A DNA stretch of 27,584 bases from Candidatus Curtissbacteria bacterium (GTDB lineage Bacteria; Patescibacteriota; Microgenomatia; Curtissbacterales; GWA2-41-24). The stretch lies in NCBI GenBank assembly GCA_016195765.1, contig JACPYZ010000069.1, forward strand, positions 1 to 27,584. The letters are read 5' to 3'. Positions 16,417-22,622 of the stretch are shown in pieces. The position numbers and the translations under genes were made by a program. The notes under the pieces are model-generated. The model saw only the letters and a list, made by a program, of their open reading frames with translations. It ran no database searches and was not told the origin of the DNA. Each line of letters opens with the position of its first letter. The first letter of the stretch is position 1.

Positions 16417-17994
16417 ATGATGACTGACAGGGTGGAATATGTGAGCACCAGAGGCGGGTCTGAACCCCGCTTTTTCTCTCGTGCACTGCTTTCTGGAATA
16501 GCAGAAGACGGCGGTTTATTTTCCCCAGACAAAGTACCTACTCTATCAGCTACAGAGCTTTCCCGGTTGCGGCCATTAAAATACTGGCAGCGAGCTTTCC
16601 ATATACTTAGAAAATTTAATCCTGACATGCCAGATGTAACTTTAGGAGAAATGACTCGAGATGCCTATGGCAGTAACTTTGACAGTCTAGATGTGGCGCC
16701 CGTGGTGAGTATAGGAAACAGGCAATATATGCAGGAACTATGGCATGGCCCGTCAGGCGCTTTCAAAGATATGGCTCTTCAAATTATGCCCTTAATGTTT
16801 GAAGAAGCATGCGCAAAAGATAATAGAGCTCGCGAGGCAGCATCTTTGGGACCCCTTCGGTATTTTGTTATAGGCACAACTTCCGGTGATACAGGCGCAG
16901 CTGCAATAGAGGGGTATAAAAATAAACGCAGCTTGTCAATTGCTGTTTTTTACCCTCGTGGTAAAGTTTCCAGACTGCAAGAGCTTATGATGACAACCCA
17001 AGATGGTAACAATGTTTTTGTCGGAGCAATGGAAGGAGATTTCGATGCTATTCAAAGAGCAGCCAAAGAAACATTTGCAGACAAAGAATTCAATGATCTT
17101 TTGCTGGATCAATATGGTGTAGTTCTTTCCTCGGCGAACTCCATAAATTGGGGCAGAATAGTTCCACAAATTGCTTATCACGTTAGCGCTTATGTTGACT
17201 TGTTAGAAAAGGGAGTTATCGAGCCTGGCGATAAAATAGATATTGCAGTCCCGACTGGTAACTTTGGCAATATCTTGTCGGCATTTTATGCCAAACAAAT
17301 GGGAGTTCCTATAAACAAACTAGTGTGTGCGTCAAACGAAAATAATGTTTTGACAGCTTTTTTACAAACAGGAATCTACGATATTAGGGAAAGGTCGATG
17401 AAGCAAACCCCTTCACCATCAATGGATATTTTAGTTTCTAGCAATGTAGAACGGCTACTTTACGAAATCACTCGTGATCCTGTCCGTGTTTATCGTTGGA
17501 TGGAAGAGCTAAAAACAAATAAAGTTTTCAAAGTAGACGAAGATGTACTAAAGCGACTGCATGAGGATTTTTATGCGGGTTGGGTGGAAAATGATGAATG
17601 TTTACAAAATATAAAAGATCTTTTTGAAAGAAAAAACTACCTAATGGATACGCATACTTCTGTCGCTCATAGAGTAGCCCAAGAATATCAGGAGCAAAAT
17701 CCATCTAATAGGCCACTGATTATTTCCTCAACAGCTCACTGGGCTAAATTCCCAAGAGATATAAGAAAAGCACTGTTAGGTAGTGACGCTAATCAAATTA
17801 TTGCAGATGCTTCTCCGGAAGAAACCGAGTTTTCAATTATTTCTCAAATAATGAAATTAGTCCCGAATGCAACAGTACCGCAGAGCATTGCTACTCTTCA
17901 AGCTAAACCTGAAAGGTTTGCAGGCGTTGCAGACGCAGAAAGTGAATGGATCAAACGCGCAATTCTTTCATATTTACAACCAAAAGCGGCTTAA
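16417..17994 (+). CDS. thrC: Threonine synthase (long form, 525 aa)
   Basis: YVSTRG, DGGLFSP, ELWHGPSGAFKDMAL (PLP lysine), TSGDTG, SSANSINWGRIVPQ, VPTGNFGN, TPSPSMDILVSSNVER, DTHTSVA, STAHWAKF. Confidence 0.9.
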   Translation: MMTDRVEYVSTRGGSEPRFFSRALLSGIAEDGGLFSPDKVPTLSATELSRLRPLKYWQRAFHILRKFNPDMPDVTLGEMTRDAYGSNFDSLDVAPVVSIGNRQYMQELWHGPSGAFKDMALQIMPLMFEEACAKDNRAREAASLGPLRYFVIGTTSGDTGAAAIEGYKNKRSLSIAVFYPRGKVSRLQELMMTTQDGNNVFVGAMEGDFDAIQRAAKETFADKEFNDLLLDQYGVVLSSANSINWGRIVPQIAYHVSAYVDLLEKGVIEPGDKIDIAVPTGNFGNILSAFYAKQMGVPINKLVCASNENNVLTAFLQTGIYDIRERSMKQTPSPSMDILVSSNVERLLYEITRDPVRVYRWMEELKTNKVFKVDEDVLKRLHEDFYAGWVENDECLQNIKDLFERKNYLMDTHTSVAHRVAQEYQEQNPSNRPLIISSTAHWAKFPRDIRKALLGSDANQIIADASPEETEFSIISQIMKLVPNATVPQSIATLQAKPERFAGVADAESEWIKRAILSYLQPKAA

Positions 17995-18034
17995 AATAGC
18001 CTCTAATATTTTTACTTCGATTAACAAGCATGAT

Positions 18035-18063
18035 TTGACTCGCTTGACTTCATTTGCTAGAAT
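18035..18063 (+). promoter_or_regulatory. Sigma70 promoter of nusA-infB
   Basis: TTGACT (18035-18040)-17-TAGAAT (18058-18063) with a TG extension at 18055-18056. Confidence 0.8.
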
Positions 18064-18091
18064 TCGACTAGTTTTACAGTTCCTTGGAAAC

Positions 18092-18115
18092 AAAGGCGCA
18101 CATGCGCCTTTTTTT
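18092..18115 (+). terminator. Intrinsic terminator hairpin within the nusA 5' leader
   Basis: AAAGGCGC-ACAT-GCGCCTTT, with T7 at 18109-18115. Confidence 0.8.
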
Positions 18116-18127
18116 GAACCCTGGGAC

Positions 18128-18169
18128 TTGCGACTAACGATTATCGATTTACGATAAACGATTAACGTC
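18128..18169 (+). repeat. Six degenerate 7-nt tandem units (consensus about TWACGAT) immediately before the nusA start
   Basis: ttgcgac taacgat tatcgat ttacgat aaacgat taacgtc. Confidence 0.85.
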
Positions 18170-18173
18170 TAAA

Positions 18174-19520
18174 ATGGCTATACAATCAAGATCCGAATTT
18201 GCGAGTGCTCTCAACCAGGTTTGTTCCGAACGTGGAATCGAACCAGAAGTTGTTATCGATTCCATCAAACAGGCAATTCTAGCAGCTTATCGCAAAGATT
18301 ACGGTGAACCAGAAGGAATAGAAGTCGATCTAGACGCAAATTCCGGCGAAGTTAAACTTCATAAATATAAAAAAGATGTAACCCCGGCTGGTTTTGGAAG
18401 AATTGCCGCTCAAACCGCAAAACAAGTTATTTTACAAAGAATCAGAGAAGCCGAGAAAAACGCCATCCTGGAAGAATATTCAAGCAAAATTAACACCATC
18501 GTTTCTGGTGTTGTTCAACGAATTTCCGGTCCGGTTATTACTGTTAATCTTGGAAAAGCAGAAGCCATTATGCCCCCACAAGAACAAGGACGCACCGAAA
18601 AATATTTTGTTAATCAAAGGCTAAAATTTTACGTTGTTGGTATTAAAGAAGGCACCCGTGGCGAAGAAATCATTGTTTCCAGAAGCGACAATGGTTTGCT
18701 TGAAGGTCTGTTTAAACAAGAAGTCCCCGAAATTGCTTCTGGTGCTGTAGAAGTTAAAGCGATTGCCCGCGAAGCCGGCTCCCGCAGTAAAATCGCCGTT
18801 GCTTCTGGTCAGCTTGGTGTTGACCCAGTTGGTTCTTGTGTCGGCCAAAAAGGTGTGCGTGTTCAGGCTGTCATTAACGAATTAAATGATGAAAAAATCG
18901 ACGTTATTGCCTACCAAGAAGACCTTGGCGAATTTATAAAAGCCGCCCTTTCTCCTGCTAAAGAATTGCAAGTCAAAATAGAAGAAGAAACAAAAACGGC
19001 AGAAGTAACCGCTCCAGACGATCAACTTTCTTTGGCAATTGGTAAAGAAGGTCAAAATGTTCGCTTGGCAGCCAAACTTACTGGTTACAAAATAGACATT
19101 CGTGGTACGAGCGGCACACCACGCGAGGTTGAACAAAGAGAAAAATCGGCAGTCGAAGAAGCTAAAAAAGCTCTTGGTGTTACAGACGAAGAGCCGAAAG
19201 CAGAAGGCACAACTGAAGAATCTTCAGCAACAGACGATTCCCAAAGTACTCAGGCAGTGCCCGATCCCAATATTGCAGCCAATCCAGATCTTGACCCTGT
19301 GCAACCAGAAGATGCCGCTGTTCTAAAAAGTCGCGAAGAAGAAGCCGATGCATCAGATAAAGAGCCATTGATAGCAGACAGCGAAGAGAAAAAAGAAGAA
19401 GCAGAAGCAGAAAAAGTTGCAGAAAATATTCAGGCAGCCGACGTAACCAAGGATTCAGACCCGAATGCTACAATAGATAAAGTAGATGAAACTGTCTCAA
19501 CCGACGGCGAAAATAGTTAA
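18174..19520 (+). CDS. nusA: Transcription factor NusA with a long acidic C-terminal tail
   Basis: FGRIAAQTAKQVI, REAEK, S1 domain, IVSRS, LFKQEVPEI, AREAGSRSKIAV, DPVGSCVG, QLSLAIGKEGQNVRLAAKLTGYKIDI. Confidence 0.96.
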   Translation: MAIQSRSEFASALNQVCSERGIEPEVVIDSIKQAILAAYRKDYGEPEGIEVDLDANSGEVKLHKYKKDVTPAGFGRIAAQTAKQVILQRIREAEKNAILEEYSSKINTIVSGVVQRISGPVITVNLGKAEAIMPPQEQGRTEKYFVNQRLKFYVVGIKEGTRGEEIIVSRSDNGLLEGLFKQEVPEIASGAVEVKAIAREAGSRSKIAVASGQLGVDPVGSCVGQKGVRVQAVINELNDEKIDVIAYQEDLGEFIKAALSPAKELQVKIEEETKTAEVTAPDDQLSLAIGKEGQNVRLAAKLTGYKIDIRGTSGTPREVEQREKSAVEEAKKALGVTDEEPKAEGTTEESSATDDSQSTQAVPDPNIAANPDLDPVQPEDAAVLKSREEEADASDKEPLIADSEEKKEEAEAEKVAENIQAADVTKDSDPNATIDKVDETVSTDGENS

Positions 19521-19552
19521 ATGAAAGCTTTTTCGCAAGCAAATACAAATAT

Positions 19553-20983
19553 ATGGACGAAAAACAAAGCCAATTTAGGCCACCTATTATCACCATCATG
19601 GGCCATGTCGATCATGGCAAAACGACTCTTCTAGACGCGATTCGTAAATCTTCTGTCGCTTCCGGCGAACATGGTGGAATTACCCAACACATCGGTGCAT
19701 ACCAAGTAGAATTTGAAGGTCATCTAATCACATTTGTAGATACCCCTGGTCATGCTGCGTTTGAACAAATGCGCTCTCGCGGTGCAGAAGTTGCGGACAT
19801 TGTGATTCTTGTTGTGGCCGCCAACGACAGCGTTAAACCCCAAACAATAGAAGCAATAAAACATATTAAAAAATCTCAAAAGCCAATCATTGTTGCAATC
19901 ACCAAAGTCGATCTTCCAGATATCAGCATTGAAAAAGTTAAGGGTGAACTACAAAAGTACGAAGTTGCAGTCGAAGGCCAAGGTGGAGATGTGCCTGTTG
20001 TAGAAGTTGCAGCAACTAAGGGCAAGGGCATAAGTGAACTGCTTGAAGTGATCAATCTATCATGGCAACTAAACCCGCAGCCAAGTTTGGCGAGTGATCC
20101 ATTAGAAGCAGTAGTTGTTGAATCGTTTTTAGATCGTGGTCGGGGAGCAGTGGTTACAGTAATTGTCGAAAAAGGCACACTGAAAGTTGGCCAAAAAATC
20201 GTCGTGGATAACGATACTATAAATGTACGGGCGCTTGTAGATGATGCTGGTAAAAATATAAAAGAAGCAGGCCCAAGCAAGCCTGTTGAAATTTTAGGCT
20301 TCAAAAAAGCTTTAGAAGTAGGTTCCATTGTTCGCGACACCAACATAACAGCAGTCAAAGAAAAAGGTCCAGTAGATTACGCGGAAATTATTGCTCACGC
20401 CCAAGAAGTAAAAGATAAATTCAAAATTATTTTAAAAGCCGATGTTCTTGGTTCACTTGAAGCAATTTTGAATAATTTGCCAGAAAAAGTTCTGGTTGTA
20501 GCCTCCAGTGTCGGTGAGGTTTCGCAAACTGATATTTCTTTTGCCAAAGTTGCCAGTGCCCCAATTCTTGCTTTCAACATTAAAGTTAGTAATCAACTTA
20601 AAATTCAAGCAGAACGCGAAGGTGTTGTTGTTAAAGAATACCGCATTATTTACGAACTTCTAGAAGATATGGAAGCCGTCTCCGAAGGTTTTGAAGCGGC
20701 AAAATTGCAAGCAAAAGTTAAAGGACGCGCAAAAATCACTCAAATTTTCGAAATCGAAGGCAAAAAAATTGCAGGCTGTGTAGTCACAATGGGTAAATTG
20801 AACGTGGGTGAAACAATTTTTGTAAAAAAGAACGAAGATGATCCCGGCATAGAAACAAAAATTGCTTCTATCAAGAGATTCAAGAAAGATGTTCCCAGTA
20901 TCAGCAACGGCCAAGAATGTGGAATCGCAATGGCCTCTAGTATTGACTTTGAGGCTGGAAATGTCATAGAATCCCTTGGCTAA
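19553..20983 (+). CDS. infB: Translation initiation factor IF-2, minimal form (476 aa, no N-terminal domain)
   Basis: RPPIITIMGHVDHGKTTLLD, GGITQHIGAY, DTPGHAAF, ILKADVLGSLEA, YRIIYELL, IAGCVV, GQECGI. Confidence 0.95.
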   Translation: MDEKQSQFRPPIITIMGHVDHGKTTLLDAIRKSSVASGEHGGITQHIGAYQVEFEGHLITFVDTPGHAAFEQMRSRGAEVADIVILVVAANDSVKPQTIEAIKHIKKSQKPIIVAITKVDLPDISIEKVKGELQKYEVAVEGQGGDVPVVEVAATKGKGISELLEVINLSWQLNPQPSLASDPLEAVVVESFLDRGRGAVVTVIVEKGTLKVGQKIVVDNDTINVRALVDDAGKNIKEAGPSKPVEILGFKKALEVGSIVRDTNITAVKEKGPVDYAEIIAHAQEVKDKFKIILKADVLGSLEAILNNLPEKVLVVASSVGEVSQTDISFAKVASAPILAFNIKVSNQLKIQAEREGVVVKEYRIIYELLEDMEAVSEGFEAAKLQAKVKGRAKITQIFEIEGKKIAGCVVTMGKLNVGETIFVKKNEDDPGIETKIASIKRFKKDVPSISNGQECGIAMASSIDFEAGNVIESLG

Positions 20984-21000
20984 ATAGTTCTCCTGTCCAC

Positions 21001-21046
21001 TATAATATCTTTGAAAATCGATTATTAGATTTTCAAATAGAGATAT
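21001..21046 (+). promoter_or_regulatory. -10 box followed by a long inverted repeat upstream of the DHH-like gene
   Basis: TATAAT at 21001-21006; TTTGAAAATC (21010-21019) / GATTTTCAAA (21028-21037); outer ATATCT/AGATAT pair. Confidence 0.55.
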
Positions 21047-21051
21047 CAACA

Positions 21052-22104
21052 ATGGATCAAGATCTTAAACAAAAAACTCAAGATAATATAACCAAAGCCC
21101 AATCAGTCATGGTTGCGGTTTCTCCGGATTCGGGCCTTGATGGTATGGCAGCCGGCCTTGGTTTATTTTTAGCTTTCCAAAAACTTGGCAAAAGCGCCTC
21201 CATTATGGCCCAAAGCCCAACAGCTGGTGATGCCCAAAAGCTTTATGGCGTTGACCAAATTGGCAAAGCTCAGGGTGTTACTAATCTTGTTGTCACAGTC
21301 GAAAATGCCGTTGATACGGTAGACCGCGTTTCTCATTTTCTAGATGGAGACAAATTAAAACTCACGCTGCACGCATTCCCAGGCTCGACTGGTCCAACCA
21401 AAGATCAGGTATCTTTTGCCGAAGAAATGACACAACCAGACGTTATTTTTGCAATTGGCTTCACAACAGAAGATAACTTGAAACAATATGTTACTCAAGT
21501 ACAAAATATTTCCCCAAATTGTTGGCTTGTTAATATAAACACTCAAGATATGGGGCAAATATTTGCTCAACTTAACGTTTTTGACCCTAATGCTTCCAGT
21601 TTGAGTGAAATAACTGCTCAACTTATTGCCGATCTTGCTTTGCCAGTAGACGAGGATATCGCTTTTAACTTGTATGAAGGAATTTCTCAAGCAACCACCC
21701 AATTCAATCCCGGTCACGTTGGTACAAATACGTTCGAAATCGCCTCTTGGCTTATTAAGTTTGGGGCTGGTAAGGCAAGCTTTGCAGGTTCAAGCAAGCT
21801 ATCACAGACGTCATTTCAACCCCAGCCTAGACCTCAATTTCAATCACAGCCGCAGCCGCAAACCCAGCCAATTTCTAGTACTCAACCTCAGTCGTCTGCT
21901 TTTAGTCAGATGTTAAATATCGGCCAGCAAATTCCAACAGAATCCCAGACACAGCCTCAAAATCAAGCGCAACCACAGGCAATGGGAGAAGTAATAGAAA
22001 CACCAATCACACAAGTCGAAAGAGAAAAAGGTTCAAGTGGAGACGATTGGCTAAACCCGCCAAAAATCTACAGTGGCTCAAAATCCTTTGACACTAAAGA
22101 ATAA
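21052..22104 (+). CDS. DHH/NrnA-like protein with degenerate catalytic motifs and a Q/P-rich C-terminus
   Basis: DHH-family scaffold (DG..A.LGL, SSLSEI, IAFNLYEGI...T..F, TFEIAS.L..FG) but the D/H ligands are replaced. It sits at the usual nrnA position between infB and rpsO. Confidence 0.65.
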   Translation: MDQDLKQKTQDNITKAQSVMVAVSPDSGLDGMAAGLGLFLAFQKLGKSASIMAQSPTAGDAQKLYGVDQIGKAQGVTNLVVTVENAVDTVDRVSHFLDGDKLKLTLHAFPGSTGPTKDQVSFAEEMTQPDVIFAIGFTTEDNLKQYVTQVQNISPNCWLVNINTQDMGQIFAQLNVFDPNASSLSEITAQLIADLALPVDEDIAFNLYEGISQATTQFNPGHVGTNTFEIASWLIKFGAGKASFAGSSKLSQTSFQPQPRPQFQSQPQPQTQPISSTQPQSSAFSQMLNIGQQIPTESQTQPQNQAQPQAMGEVIETPITQVEREKGSSGDDWLNPPKIYSGSKSFDTKE

Positions 22105-22116
22105 TTATTGTAATAT
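22088..22116 (+). promoter_or_regulatory. Promoter of rpsO
   Basis: TTGACA (22088-22093)-17-TAATAT (22111-22116), overlapping the end of the DHH-like gene. Confidence 0.7.
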
Positions 22117-22163
22117 CACATGACCTCTAGTCTCTATTCATAAGACTCTAGACACTAATCTAA

Positions 22164-22430
22164 ATGGCAGCAGCAGCAGCAAAAAAACAAGTAATAGACA
22201 AGTTTAAAACTCACGAAGGTGATACCGGATCGCCAGAGGTTCAAGTGGCACTTCTATCACAAAGAATAGATACCGTCGGTCTTCACCTCAAATCTCACAA
22301 TCATGACGATCATTCAAGGCGCGGTCTACTTTCTATGATCAATCACCGCCGCAGATTACTACATTATCTTATGCGCAAAGCGCCAGACCGCTACAAGGAA
22401 ATTATAGGCAAGCTTGGACTTCCAAAGTAA
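22164..22430 (+). CDS. rpsO: 30S ribosomal protein S15
   Basis: HEGDTGSPEVQVALLSQRI, HLKSH..D.HSRRGLL, RRRLLHYL, IGKLGL. Confidence 0.97.
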   Translation: MAAAAAKKQVIDKFKTHEGDTGSPEVQVALLSQRIDTVGLHLKSHNHDDHSRRGLLSMINHRRRLLHYLMRKAPDRYKEIIGKLGLPK

Positions 22431-22486
22431 TCGCTTTATACCAAACATTGCTTTTTAGAGCCTATATAAGTTATAATAAGTAAAGT

Positions 22487-22574
22487 TAAGAGGAAAAAAG
22501 GTTGTTGGAAGTTGACTAGATGTAGCCCTAGGGGCTACATGTAACCGATTTCTAACTCCCAAAAGCCTCTTTTA
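22487..22574 (+). promoter_or_regulatory. Long imperfect stem-loop in the pnp 5' leader (RNase III-site-like)
   Basis: Apical ATGTAGCCC-TAG-GGGCTACAT (22520-22540); middle GTTGGAAGTTG pairing with CGATTTCTAAC; basal AAGAGG/CCTCTT. Downstream of TTGCTT-18-TATAAT (22448-22477). Confidence 0.65.
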
Positions 22575-22594
22575 CCTACAAGAAAAGTTTTACT

Positions 22595-22617
22595 GTTCTC
22601 TGCATGAGAACCTTTTT
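22595..22617 (+). terminator. Small hairpin plus U-tract just before the pnp start (terminator-like or translational)
   Basis: GTTCTC-TGCAT-GAGAAC then CTTTTT. Confidence 0.4.
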
Positions 22618-22622
22618 GATTG

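Noticed and set aside
19521-19634. ATG immediately after the nusA stop as a longer infB start
   Set aside because: It is out of frame with infB (32 nt offset) and closes after 37 codons. There is no evidence for a frameshift restoring an N-domain.
22164-22181. (GCA)x5 at the start of rpsO
   Set aside because: A simple poly-Ala codon run in a variable N-terminus; no sign of phase variation.
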